64,000 bases of DNA from positions 62,001 to 126,000 of the forward strand of contig QPGO01000142.1 of the NCBI GenBank assembly GCA_008632985.1. Reading direction: 5' to 3'. This stretch comes from Psammoneis japonica (Eukaryota). Under the pieces are notes generated by a model. It was given only the letters and a program-made list of their open reading frames with translations. It was not told the DNA's origin and did no database searches. Shown here one piece after another: positions 1 to 11,459 of this stretch. Every line of letters starts with the position of its first letter. Position 1 is the stretch's first letter. The translations under genes and the position numbers were made by a program.

Positions 1-1800
1 TGATCCGCTTGTCTTTGACAAGGTCCGTTTTGTTTTTGTCATTCCGAAGAACAACACAGGCAGTTTTTGACTCCCAAGTGATTCTGATGATTTGGTTGCT
101 CGCAACCAACTGAGGGGATGACATTTTCCTGGGTTTGAGGTCTTGGGAGGCAAGTGGACTGTGGAAGAACACTGGTTTGCCTGAGACTGTTGGATGCAGC
201 AATTTTTGTTTCATGGCCAACCAGAGCCATGCAGTGGGCCCACTCATCTGCGTGTGTGATGGTTGCTGGCAGGCTCCCTTTGTTCAGCCAAATCATTTTG
301 CAAGCTCATCCATGTCAAAAAATCCAAGTCCATTTTGCAGTCCAGCTCAACAGTGGCATGGCCAGGGATGACCTTGCAGCCCATGGCGCCAAGGATGTCC
401 ACGATCTCTTCGACATCTTTCCTTCGTGCTTTTGCCATGGTGACGCCATGATTCTTTGCTGGTTTGGGTTTTCCATGAGGAGACAATCTTTGTAAACTTG
501 TTGGAAGAGTGACACAATGAGTGTGCTGTGCACCCTTTTGATCCAGTGAATGACTGGAAGAAGCAGGAGACAGGTCAGGAGAAGCTTGTCCCAAATGAGA
601 TGACCAGGTGCCTGTTGCTTTTTCCAACAGTGGGAGTGTTGTGGGTGACATTGAACCACAACCTGCAAGATTTTGCCACACACCTCTCCACTCAAGAGAA
701 CCATGAGTTTACATTGCCAACTCATCAAGACTCTTTTTTTGATGAGGACTCCTGCTTGCAAAAGTTTTCCGAAAATGGTGATGATCACTGTCGCGGACAG
801 AGTGGTTGCAAGTGACATGTTTAAGACTGAAGCAGAGCCAGCCCTGTGGCAAAAGGTTCATGGACAGATGTGCAATCATTGCACAAATGTTTTTCAACAA
901 TGACTCTCACACTCTGCAACATTGCCCATTTTTGGGCCCAACAACGAAAAATGAATGTCGCATGATGCGAACGTCTCACAAGTGCGAAAATGACATTGCA
1001 GAAAGCATGCCAAAGGAGAAGCCCCTCTGGCTGATCAGACTGATTGGATTCTTGTGGGCAACAACAGCACAGCAACAGCCCCATGACCGATGGGACAAAA
1101 TTTTAATGCGCACATTTTTCACACACACACCATCACACCACGCACCCTGTCTCTGACTGGCTCTGAGAATGCAGCCACACTCTTGTGTGATGCACCCATG
1201 TCTGTGTGGCCTTGATTGCTTGCAGTTGTTCTCATCAATTGCTTGAGAGATGGCAGTGACAGCCTCTGTGGGGAGAGATCCAGTCTTCCTTGTGCATCTC
1301 AACCCATTCGTCAAAGTCCCAGAGGCTCACACAAGCCCTCTTCTTCGTTGAGATTTTGTGGTGTGTGCGCACTGCTGCACACGACGGAGCTTGGATGGTC
1401 TTAATGAAATGACAGAAAAAGCTCCACAGCTGCATCGAGTTGTCGTGTTGGGTTTGGAAGTGAAGGCGACTTGCCTCCTGGTCCTGCCGTTTGGTCTCCT
1501 CGAACGCAGTCACCAAATCATGGATTCCCTCTCTCTCCTCTTGCTGTGCAGCTGGAAAAAACCACAAGATTTCATGGAAAATCAGCTGCACTGGCAAGCA
1601 AACACAACCGAGACAACCAAAAGCTGGAAAAACAGAACGATTGCAGTGCAGCAATCAACAGTTTCTCTACAATGTGTGATTTGTGACAGAGTTCAAAAAA
1701 GAGAAGATGCAGAGAGGCGCTTTTGCGGTGTGTTGTGAAAGATCTGGTGCTTGTTTTTCGTGGGTTTCTACGCAGTGGTTGGAGGGTCACCCGGAAATTG
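1..1800. other. Degenerate CpG- and TpA-depleted domain (decayed repeat or gene remnants, identity unresolved)
   Basis: CG and TA nearly absent, TG/CA in excess; ORF translations lack Tyr and are rich in C/H/Q/M; composition normalises gradually by ~1.8-2.2 kb. Confidence 0.7.
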
Positions 1801-3355
1801 GAACGCAGTTTTGCTTCTTCGGCAAGTCTTCGGTAATTTTACAAGACCGGCACATCTCCTGAGATGAGCTATCTCTCCTTTTCTATCAGCTCTTCCTGCT
1901 ATGTGAATTTGAAATGGCCACTGGGTTCCTTCCTTGCTGCAAAAGTGTCTGCTTGTTGGAATGTCACAGCGACGAATGTGTGCGATGTTTTGTGTGAATC
2001 GAGGCAACAACCTCGAGTTACGAGGGTGTGCGCCCATGAGACGTGTCACGGAGAAAAAGGATTCATTTTGGGACTAATGATTGGATGTGTTGCCACAACA
2101 TCCTGTCAAACATCTGTTGCAATGAACCCAAAGCTTTCATGGAATAGCATTTTGCCTGCAAGCTCCAAGCAATGCTCCTCATCTTTTCCTGATATCGGTC
2201 TTGAGGCGGGGCTTTTATGCGAAGTTTAGTGCTGACTTGGTTTCACAAGCTGGATTCTCGGTATGGAATAAAGACGTTGGAAGTCAACACAGGTTTCTAA
2301 GATGGTTACCTTGATTTGTTGGCGCGTCTTACAGTCGGTCTACAACTACGAAGACTGTCGACGTTCTCCGTGCTCTACTGCCTTACACAAATCACCACAC
2401 CAGCCTCTGGGGCATTGAGAGGGTCATCATATCCGAATTCTCTTTTTTATGGTCTATGGTCGAGTTAGGCTTGTACGGTATTGGTCATACCTAAAGGTGT
2501 CGGCTTTGCCGAGCTTTCAAGAATTTGCGCTGAAACAATATACAGTACCGGTACAGGGAACTCGGAACTCGAGCTCATCTACCAGGTGTAGGCCTTCTTG
2601 CCCAAGGTTTTTGAAATACTGTTCTTCTACCGGGACAAGCTTGGACTCTGGCAAAAGCATAGCGGGTGCTAACAATCACAGGAACAAGGTTCTCTGCGTT
2701 CTCACGGTGCGAGACTGTTCGTTTCAGAACGTCGTCGAAACAGAATTGCGGATTTTGAAATTTCAATCATTATTGACAAAAAAAATGTGGTGGATATGCA
2801 GTCAGAATCGGGACAGCGGTCCGAAGAGAAAAGCCATAAATCATATGAGCTGAGGTTCCTGCATGAATTTTGATTTTACAGAGTTAACCTGTACGGTGCC
2901 GATCTTCTGAGGGAGGTGTCTCATCAAACGTGTCGGGTACAGGCAAGCGAATCTTTCTTCTTTTCGATGCCAGATGACAAGTTCAAGATGAGAATCGAGG
3001 CCGTTGTTCCACATTGACGGTGACACAGGAAAGAAAGCAAAACAATAGCATGGTGCATCTCTACCAGAACGACTCGAGAAGGACCTACTGTAAGCTTTCA
3101 AATGACGGCTTCCGTGGGATTTCAAGATATCTGTCGTCGTACGGTATCCACGCTTCTCATCGCGCGAATCACGTGCGCCAAAATTTGCGAACCCTCCTCA
3201 CTTTTTCCAAGAACTTGCAGCGAAGTTCCATGCTTTCCCGACGACGCGAACCCTCACAACATCTTTACAATTGTTGCAAACAACACAAAAGACAACCTGA
3301 ACAACTTTTGCTACAAAATCACACAACAAGAGATCGGCTTTTCGTCTTTACCATC

Positions 3356-5308
3356 ATGCTCGTTCGATCTCGAGGTAGTGTCCCGTATCTGATATTCTTC
3401 TGCATCCTCGTCGGCGCCACCACAAAGCAAGGAGATGCCATTGTGATGGACGGCAAGGAAGGATTGGGTTTCATCGACCATCGTCACCGCCAGCAGGAGA
3501 AGGTCCAGTCGACTGCTTCATCTGTGGGTGATGTCGGTGACCTCCTCGAACGCGATCTCTTTGTTACCGCAGACGAGCAGCAATTTTGCATTAGTCGGGA
3601 AGCCTTTGAGATTGCCTTTGACGAGCCGTGTGGTCTGAACTGCTGTAGCACCAACCTGTATAATCGCACGGCGATCATTAATGGGAGGGAAACGACGTTG
3701 GAGAAAGATGATAGGATCTGCTGCTTTGACGCGTGTGGCCCCGGTCTTCACGACCACACTTCCTTTATTTCTTATACCGACCCTATTTTTGGTTATCTGA
3801 CCGAAGTTTCATGCTTTATCGAGGGATGTGGAGAGTATGATTGCAGCAAGTCTCGAAGCAAATGTAACGTTTGTGGATGTGAGGGTCCTTGCAGAACCTC
3901 CTTTAAAGGTTGCCAAGAGCACTTTGATGATGTAAACGTTTACGTCCGTGAGGTCTTGGAAGGGTTTGCCGCCCTCGACCCTCAGTGCTACGACCCCGAA
4001 TGCGAATGCGTGTACTGGTACAAAACTGGGCACTGTACGGCGGATCATATGGGAGCAGAGGCGGCGTGCAACAACCTAATTGACCTGGTCAACTGGTGGT
4101 GTCCTTTGTTGGATTTGTGTGGAGGAGCCAGTTTTCAAAACGTCTATGACATCTTCGCTGAAGGACGGGACAAATGGTGTCAGGAGGCTGGCATTGCACC
4201 AGTTGAAAACTGTCAATTGCTCGATAGCACCACGAGCCTTCCTACTAACCCTTCAACATATCCGCCGCAGACGCCCCCTCCTTCAGAACCAGCTACGCCC
4301 GAGCCTCCCACGGTTCCTCCGACGTCACCGTCCACAAGCCCTCCTACTAATCCTGCAACAGATCCGCCGCAAACGCCCCCTCCTTCAGAACCAGCTACGC
4401 CCGAACCTCCCACGGTTCCTCCGACGTCGCCGTCCACAAGCCCCCCTACTAATCCTTCAACAGATCCGCCGCAAACGCCGCCTCCTTCAGAACCAGCTAC
4501 GCCCGAGCCTCCCACGGTTCCTCCGACGTTGCCGTCCACAAGTCCTCCTACTAATCCTTCAACAGATCCACCGCAAACGCCACCTCCTTCAGAACCAGCT
4601 ACGCCCGAGCCGCCCACGAGCCCTCCGACTAATCCTTCAACAGATCCACCGTCTCCCATGTGGATCGAGCTTGAAGATTTTGTGTTGAGGTTCACTGCAG
4701 TTGACTTGGATAGGGCCGCACTCTCATTGATGACTTACGACTACCTCTTTGATCTCTTTCGTTCTGACTTTGAATCGTTTGTCGATATTTCGGTTTCGGA
4801 AACCGTAAGGCGCCGCAGGCTTCTTCGAGAGGCAGAGTCCATCACCTATTCTCTAGCTGCTGCCTTTGTTGACCCTGTTCCTGATGTCTCCTTGGTGGTA
4901 GCGAAGCAAGAAGAGTACCTCGCTGACACTGAATCATTGCAAGCCGCAATCGATGAAAATCCTTCTGTGGGGAGTGGCATTGTCTTGGACGATGTTCAGA
5001 TTAGGGACGGGCGTGCTACTAGCTCTCCAACGCAACCTCCTAATGACGCAGATGGCAGTGATAACAACAACACTGGAGTCATTGTTGGAGCAGTCCTTGG
5101 CAGCGTCTTTGCGTTGTTGATCATTGGCGGCTTGTGCTTTTGGCACGCGCGCCGCAAGAGAATGAAGAATCAAAACGAAATGTTTCCGCCAGGAGGAAAA
5201 GACTCTGAGCCTAACAAACCAGAGGCAGCGCTAGCACTAGACACCACCACAAAAACGGCCCCCTTTCAACGCCAGGCAAGCGAAGGACTCGAAGGCGTCA
5301 AGCTCTAA
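3356..5308 (+). CDS. Single-pass cell-surface protein: signal peptide, Cys-rich domain, Pro/Thr/Ser repeat stalk, TM helix, short tail
   Basis: Within ORF 3014-5308; ATG 3356 gives MLVRSRGSVPYLIFFCILVGA (signal-like); many Cys; RRRRLL motif; TM GVIVGAVLGSVFALLIIGGLCFW followed by basic residues. Confidence 0.85.
   Translation: MLVRSRGSVPYLIFFCILVGATTKQGDAIVMDGKEGLGFIDHRHRQQEKVQSTASSVGDVGDLLERDLFVTADEQQFCISREAFEIAFDEPCGLNCCSTNLYNRTAIINGRETTLEKDDRICCFDACGPGLHDHTSFISYTDPIFGYLTEVSCFIEGCGEYDCSKSRSKCNVCGCEGPCRTSFKGCQEHFDDVNVYVREVLEGFAALDPQCYDPECECVYWYKTGHCTADHMGAEAACNNLIDLVNWWCPLLDLCGGASFQNVYDIFAEGRDKWCQEAGIAPVENCQLLDSTTSLPTNPSTYPPQTPPPSEPATPEPPTVPPTSPSTSPPTNPATDPPQTPPPSEPATPEPPTVPPTSPSTSPPTNPSTDPPQTPPPSEPATPEPPTVPPTLPSTSPPTNPSTDPPQTPPPSEPATPEPPTSPPTNPSTDPPSPMWIELEDFVLRFTAVDLDRAALSLMTYDYLFDLFRSDFESFVDISVSETVRRRRLLREAESITYSLAAAFVDPVPDVSLVVAKQEEYLADTESLQAAIDENPSVGSGIVLDDVQIRDGRATSSPTQPPNDADGSDNNNTGVIVGAVLGSVFALLIIGGLCFWHARRKRMKNQNEMFPPGGKDSEPNKPEAALALDTTTKTAPFQRQASEGLEGVKL
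4241..4650 (+). repeat. Coding tandem repeat, 102 bp / 34 aa unit (PTNPSTDPPQTPPPSEPATPEPPTVPPTSPSTSP), about 4 copies
   Basis: cctactaa units start at 4241, 4343, 4445, 4547; last unit internally shortened. Confidence 0.95.
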
Positions 5309-5852
5309 AAAGAGTTTGACGACAGATGTGAAACCCGATTTAGACTTTTGTAGGCTTGGTGGCTCATATTTCATTAATTCTTATACTTACATGTGACATT
5401 CAATTCTACATATATTCAAAGAACCAGAGAAGAACCAAACGAAATCGTTCCTTCGATCAAAATCTCGTGCCGCACTCCCTGAGGTCTCCCAGCTCAAGCA
5501 CTTTTGATTTACATCCTCTTCCTTGTGCACGTGATTGTTGATCCAGCTGGCAAGGCAGACGCGGCTGCATTCAAAGCGACGGCTCCTTGAAAACTGTAGG
5601 GCCCTAGGCTCGGGACAAAGCGCATTGGAGCCCTTCGAGAGGCAGCGCCCCAGCTCCCCGTCGTATCAAAATTCTTTCTGCGCTCTCCGATGCGCGATGT
5701 TCGAATGTGTGACGAGCGACGAGCGACGACCGTCACATCAGAAAATGGCGCTGTTGTAGTTGTAACTGCCGTTTTTTGCAAACTGGACTCTAACTACTTA
5801 AAGAATAAATCTTCAAAATGATGAATATCAAAACGGATCTCTATGAGGTGGC

Positions 5853-5896
5853 GAGATCGCGGATCTAGATCGCGGATCCAGATCGCGGATCGCGGT
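5853..5896. repeat. Short tandem repeat of AGATCGCGGATC-like units upstream of the glycosyltransferase
   Basis: agatcgcggatct-agatcgcggatcc-agatcgcggatcgcggtc. Confidence 0.8.
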
Positions 5897-5986
5897 CACT
5901 TTTTGCTTCGTTTTGTTACCCCTCATCACCGCCTCGCTTCTAATGACTTGCAACTCACTTGCCACAGAATCAGTCCCCAGAGCAAA

Positions 5987-7375
5987 ATGAAAGATAACAA
6001 ACGAAGCGAGGATGTCAGACATTTTCAGGGAAGATGGGCGCTGATTCTTTGTTTGTTTGTAGGGTATTCGGCAGGTTTGTTGCGGACGATTCCGGTGAAC
6101 AACAACCCAAACAGCTCTGGCGATATCATCACCAAGATTTCTGACAAGGACGAATTCGCCACTGCTGCTAAAAGATCTGAAATACATGTCACTGACATCC
6201 ATGGACCCTTGGACACTGAAGTCGCAGCCTCAGACTGCATGAGGATATGCCCTCCACACGTAAGGCACCAAAATGCAATCATTTTCCTCGGCCCTGAAGG
6301 TGCAGGTCTCAAGGATGCGAGGAACACTATCAAGCACATGTTAAAGTATGCTGGCTATCTATGTGCCACATTGTATATTCCACCGCCACACTTCCAACTT
6401 CGGGCACAGCACAATGACAACAATTACGTCGATACGAGCATTCGTTGGTCGGACTTTTTCGACTTCAGGTTCAAGCAAGACAACTCTGTCGCTGTTTTCG
6501 ATTTGGAAGCTGCTAGGAATTTCACTCATGAATCAACAATTAGAGATGACTCTAGAAACGTTGAAGGATTTGTGGAACGACTGTTTCCGGATGGTCCAAA
6601 TCCATTGAGACTCAAGTCTCTAAACCCAGCCGAGGTGAGACGAGACTTTCTCTCAGCGGATAAATTTGTAAAGCAGCAGATAGGTGGTGACAATAAGGAA
6701 CAAAGATTTGTTTGGGAAATCCGAAAGAATTTCTACGTTTATCGTGAACAACTTGCTGACACTTTGGAGGAGGTCAAAAGGCAATCATCTAAACAAGAAG
6801 AGCTTTCTCTTCCTTACAACTGCGAGTACACTCAGCCAGACACCGTGCCAAAATTGATACGAACAATTTCCACAAACGTATGGGAACGCATTCGTCAAAA
6901 ATACCCCGATTCCATTTATGGCACAATGCACGTGAGAAGAGGTGACACCGTTGAATGGTGTGATACATCCGTGCGCCAACTTCAAAAATTCCTGGCATGC
7001 TCCTTCAACGGCACAGCTGCATTTGGAAAAAGCTTCACGGTACTCTTTCAGAGTGATGAAAGAGACATCACCTATCGGGACCAGGTGAAAGCATCAATTG
7101 AGGACCTCGGCGTGCAGTTTGTGGATTTGGATTTGATTGTACGGCAAGAAATAATGGGGAAACTTCCATCAGAAATGCATGACAATTACTACACATTCGC
7201 TGTGATAAAAGCTTTCGACGCGTATGTCAATGATGGCACGTTCCTATATCCTGGATACCCAGAGATATCCAAACATATGTTTTTTGTATTTAGGCACCAC
7301 AAACATATCTGTCCGCGATGCTCGCCCCTTGCATACGACGACAGGTTGAACAACAAACTTAAGAAAGGACCTTAG
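5987..7375 (+). CDS. Putative type II membrane glycosyltransferase, fucosyltransferase-like
   Basis: Likely ATG 5987 (MKDNK); N-terminal TM WALILCLFVGYSAGLL; GTMHVRRGD matches the HxRxxD GDP-sugar-binding motif; downstream FQSDE. Confidence 0.7.
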   Translation: MKDNKRSEDVRHFQGRWALILCLFVGYSAGLLRTIPVNNNPNSSGDIITKISDKDEFATAAKRSEIHVTDIHGPLDTEVAASDCMRICPPHVRHQNAIIFLGPEGAGLKDARNTIKHMLKYAGYLCATLYIPPPHFQLRAQHNDNNYVDTSIRWSDFFDFRFKQDNSVAVFDLEAARNFTHESTIRDDSRNVEGFVERLFPDGPNPLRLKSLNPAEVRRDFLSADKFVKQQIGGDNKEQRFVWEIRKNFYVYREQLADTLEEVKRQSSKQEELSLPYNCEYTQPDTVPKLIRTISTNVWERIRQKYPDSIYGTMHVRRGDTVEWCDTSVRQLQKFLACSFNGTAAFGKSFTVLFQSDERDITYRDQVKASIEDLGVQFVDLDLIVRQEIMGKLPSEMHDNYYTFAVIKAFDAYVNDGTFLYPGYPEISKHMFFVFRHHKHICPRCSPLAYDDRLNNKLKKGP

Positions 7376-7558
7376 ATGATGTCTTTGAAATAGAACCACG
7401 GTATGTTCCCTCTCTACTAGTAATAAACTCTGCGAGTAGCTGGACGTGTAGTCGGTACTGTACCTACCACACTACCGGTACCTAGAAGAGAGCAGTTACG
7501 AAACTCTAGTAGCGTGAGACTGTCTAGAGCTCCAGAGTAGTAGCCTCTACTCTAGTAC

Positions 7559-7561
<3 letters not shown>

Positions 7562-7591
<30 letters not shown>
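7562..7591. repeat. (AG)n microsatellite inside a TAG/CTA-rich low-complexity tract
   Basis: About 15 AG units read directly. Confidence 0.95.
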
Positions 7592-7597
<6 letters not shown>

Positions 7598-7909
7598 CTC
7601 TAGAGAGTAGCTACTCTAGCTACTCTCTAGAGTAGAGGTAGGGCCCTATACCGTACTCTTTGAGTGTAGAGAGAAGTGCCCTAAACGGACGACAGGCGGA
7701 CCTTACGATTGGCAAACGATGCGATCAGGATCTCCGATCTGTGCCGGAAAAAAGGAGCTCGTAGAACGAGTGACGACGTGACAACCGTTATGGTACATCA
7801 GACATCAGCCAATGGCGCTAGAGGGTAACTCCCGTTCTTTGCAAACTGGAACTTGATCACACTTTGCAAGACACAGGATGTGTTTTATTGCGCGCTTTGC
7901 CAGTTTACC

Positions 7910-9244
7910 ATGAGTTGTCGCCCTTCACGGGGAGCACCCGATCGAGGCTTGAGCGGCCATGGGTTCGACGTGGAAAACAAGCAGCAGCAAGGCTCCCTTC
8001 ACTCTGAGAAACAAGACCTGCATCGCAGATTGTCATTCTCCTCTCAACCACATAGTTTATTTCAAACAAAAAGTCTGCAAGCTTTGGCTGTTGTTGCCTT
8101 TTTGGTTACTTGGGTTGCAAACGGTGAGCTGCTGCAAGGCATCTCGAACGGATCCTTTGGACACACGGCACACAACAAGCCTGTCTTTTTGACCTGGTTT
8201 TCCTATAACTTTATGATTCTGAGTCTCATTCCGGTTTATCTGTACCTGCAAAAAGGTCGAAAGTGGACGCTGCGACACTATTTCTGTCATGTGTGGGCGG
8301 GGAAAATGGGAGTCAACTGGGCTGTGTTGTCGTGCGCAATCATTGGCGTTGTGCTTCAGGTTTTGAACTGGTTGTTGATTGTAGGACTTGAATGCATTTC
8401 CGTCTCACTCTCGAATGCAACATACCAGCTACAGACGGTCTTTACGTTAGCACTCTCTGTTTGCTGGCTCAAGGACCCGTTTGTCGCTGCGGAAGCCTGG
8501 GGGGTTCTAGTTTCAGTTTTGGGCGTTGCTTTGGTTGTGGTGCCACCACTTGTACTGCCAGGAGAAAAGAGCGGTGCGCAGGAAAAGACGTCATCAATAG
8601 ACTTGCATACAATGTCGTCTTGTCCATTTACACGGGCGCCTACATGCATGGGGATAGTAGCAACGCTTCTATCGGCTGCTATTGGCGGAGCCTATCTCGT
8701 GTCGTGGCGAGTCTTGGATCAACGACGCCATCACTCCACGTCGCCTAGCCGCCTTGAAGGCCTTATTGATACACAAATGACTGTGGCCTCGATTGGACTT
8801 TGTAATTTGTTGGTAGGATGGCCCTTGTGGATGATCATGGAGGGTACGGAAACAAGTAGTACTGCTGATTCTCCGGCGCCTTGGTGGCTCTTGGTCCTGA
8901 ATGGCATTGTAGAATACTTGTTTGACGCATCCTGCGCGATTGCCATCTACATGACTTCTCCCGTGGTGGTGGCCATTGTGTCGCCCTTGACTATACCTCT
9001 GTCGCTTTTTGTCGACTCGATTCTATGGACCGATGAATCGACTACTAGTGGTGCCGGAGGATTTCTGACCTGGCTCGGTGTAGCAGTGATTTGCTTTGGG
9101 GTGTGCCTGTTGGAAACCAAACCAACAAATCCTTTCCAGTGGTTCTGTTGTTGTTGGAACCATGACAACAAGGTGCGACCTACAGATGAACTTGATGTTG
9201 AAAATGGTATGACGACAGCGCTGCTCGGAAGAGCTGTACAGTAG
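7910..9244 (+). CDS. DMT superfamily (SLC35F/EamA-like) transporter
   Basis: About 10 hydrophobic segments; NKPVFLTWFSYNF and MTSPVVVAIVSPLTIPLSLFVD resemble SLC35F members; ATG 7910. Confidence 0.8.
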   Translation: MSCRPSRGAPDRGLSGHGFDVENKQQQGSLHSEKQDLHRRLSFSSQPHSLFQTKSLQALAVVAFLVTWVANGELLQGISNGSFGHTAHNKPVFLTWFSYNFMILSLIPVYLYLQKGRKWTLRHYFCHVWAGKMGVNWAVLSCAIIGVVLQVLNWLLIVGLECISVSLSNATYQLQTVFTLALSVCWLKDPFVAAEAWGVLVSVLGVALVVVPPLVLPGEKSGAQEKTSSIDLHTMSSCPFTRAPTCMGIVATLLSAAIGGAYLVSWRVLDQRRHHSTSPSRLEGLIDTQMTVASIGLCNLLVGWPLWMIMEGTETSSTADSPAPWWLLVLNGIVEYLFDASCAIAIYMTSPVVVAIVSPLTIPLSLFVDSILWTDESTTSGAGGFLTWLGVAVICFGVCLLETKPTNPFQWFCCCWNHDNKVRPTDELDVENGMTTALLGRAVQ

Positions 9245-9623
9245 GTTGAGAAGAAAGGCAATCCACTAAACCTCGGACGACACGACCTATTCCCATCCAA
9301 CTCCGCTCTCTCTAGATAGAGAGTCCGAAAAATATGCACCAAGTGTCAGCAGACAACTTTGAGGCAAGTGTGAGACGATGGAGAATAAGTCACTGAACTA
9401 CCAAAGCTCACGTACAGTTGTGCCACCTGTTTTGAACGAGGCAGATGCATGCCGCGTTTTGGATCCGCGAAACTGGGGAGACGCAAACAACAGTTCGCCA
9501 ACAAATTCAAACTGGTTAATCTTTTAAAACAGAGAGTCTAACACCGGTAACAAATAATTGAGTGTTACTTCGCTGTACTCTCTTGCTTGCTTTTGTTAGT
9601 TCGTCCATGATAGATCCAGCCCG

Positions 9624-9662
9624 CTATCCATCCATTCCATCCGTCCGTCCATCCATCCGTCC
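9624..9662. repeat. (CATC/CGTC)n imperfect microsatellite
   Basis: tatccatccattccatccgtccgtccatccatccgtcc. Confidence 0.75.
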
Positions 9663-10106
9663 AACTTCACTCGTTGCAGTAGCTCCCCCGCCGATCGCCG
9701 ATAGAAAAGATTTTCTGACGTCATGTTCGTCTATCCAGCCTACCGTCACTCTCTACGTGCGTCTGGTACAAACTCAACGTGGGTCGGTTCGGAGCCTCAC
9801 ACGCAAAATCTGTGTGTCGCGGCGGGCGGTGCACGACGAAGACAAAAGACCGATCCAACTGTGGTGAACAACAAGAGGGAAACGTTGGGCATTACAACCC
9901 GAGATCAAGGATACTGTCCAGAAAACCCATTGCTAGATAAGTCTCTGTAGATACTGAAACAGCTTTCGATTGATTCAGAAAGAGAGAAAGCGCTTCTGAA
10001 AATATTCGTGAGAAACGACCTTGAACGTTTTCAGCACGCAAATTCACGACTACTTGGTAGCAAAGCAAGCTTTGTAAACCAGCGTACATCTCTCTCGGGT
10101 GCGGAG

Positions 10107-11032
10107 ATGAGTGGTATGAGATGGGCCGATACGTCGTCGGACGAGGATGAGCATCATCACCACCATCATGATGATGAAGAAGAAATGCCCTCACCAGCTC
10201 TAAATGTATCACAGGTAAGTCTGACTTTAGCTGCGTATCGGCGAGTATGCCTGTACATGCCACGTTGTCCCCCATATTATATTCTGTTTCATCCCCTCGA
10301 TTCTGTCTGCTCGTGCCCTTTTTTAAAATCGGTCCTTCTCAACTTGCGTGCTCCTGTAATTCATCTCGTTTTTCATCCGAAATTGTTTGCCGTTTGCCTT
10401 CACAGATGCAAGCTCCGATAAAGCAACCGAAACCTGTATCCGTTCCCCAGGGTCGCTTTGACTTTGGAGATGATGACGAGAGTGATCACGAGAATGATGA
10501 AGAGGAAGACAATGAGAAAGAAGATGATTCCGAAAAGGAGGTTGAGGAGGAGTCCGAAGACGAGGAGGAACGAGAACGTAGACTAGAGGCTGCACGTTTG
10601 GCGGCGGCGAAAAAGAAGGAGGAAGAAAAAAAGAAAAAGAAGAAGGGTGGCGATTTGGATGATTTGGATGACATTCTCAATGAATTTGGTCTAACGCCTC
10701 AATCGGATGAAAAAGAAAAGCCTTCTTTGGATGATTCGAATGCACAGCCATCGATGACGACGGGTGCATCGAAAAAGAAGAGAAAGAAAAAGAAGAAGAA
10801 AGGAGGAGGAGGAGGCGGTGACGAGGACGCTTCTCCCGCGGTAGCAGAAGACGACACGGCGGGTACGGCGGATGTTGCGGCTGTTCTCAAAGCAAAGGCG
10901 AAAAAGAAAGAAAAGAGCGCATCCGAGATTGCCGCTGCTACCGCAGCCAAGGAGATGAAGGCAAAAAAGGAGCAAGGAAACAAAAAGAAGAAGAAAAAGG
11001 ACAAGTATGCGCATGGTGCACCCATGCGATAG
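10107..11032 (+). CDS. Acidic/Lys-rich uncharacterised protein, 2 exons (10107-10214, 10406-11032)
   Basis: MSGMRWADTSSDEDE; phase-0 intron GTAAGT(10215)...CACAG(10405) joins in frame; DLDDLDDILNEFG and C-terminal KKDKYAHGAPMR. Confidence 0.85.
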
Positions 11033-11459
11033 ACATCTTGCCTTTGTCAAGCCGTTGTGTACACGGGTTCTTGTGTGTGTGATAGAGAACATGATTCGAT
11101 TGTGTGTTCCCTGTGGATGCTCGGACTATATAGGATTCGGAGCGCGTGTGCTTTGACATCTTGAAAGGAATGAATTGATGGCTTTGTCTGCAGCTCTAGG
11201 TGCGTATCAAAGTACTTCCTGTAGGCAATGTCATCAGTATTAGCTAAAAATAATACATCGTACTTATCAGAGGCACACGCTTTTTGTATCGCAGCTCAGT
11301 TTGATTCTGTTGACTTGCATTACTTAGAGCAACCTGCATATCGGTACCAGGTATGTGAACTAGCGACAACTTTTGTTCCAGCGATGTTTCAATGCTTGCT
11401 TCTTAAAAGAGAATCTCACGAGTCCTGCCTCTAAAGCCTTACTCGAACTATGTCTAAGT

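Noticed and set aside
1..2230. Transposase assignment for the leftmost decayed region
   Set aside because: No DDE, RT or recombinase motif could be recognised.
3014..3355. N-terminal ORF extensions here and at 5843, 7853, 17853 and 59250
   Set aside because: Upstream in-frame extensions; downstream ATGs give more plausible N-termini (signal peptides or family-like starts).
4241..4650. CRISPR-like array
   Set aside because: No unique spacers; in-frame coding repeat in a eukaryotic gene.
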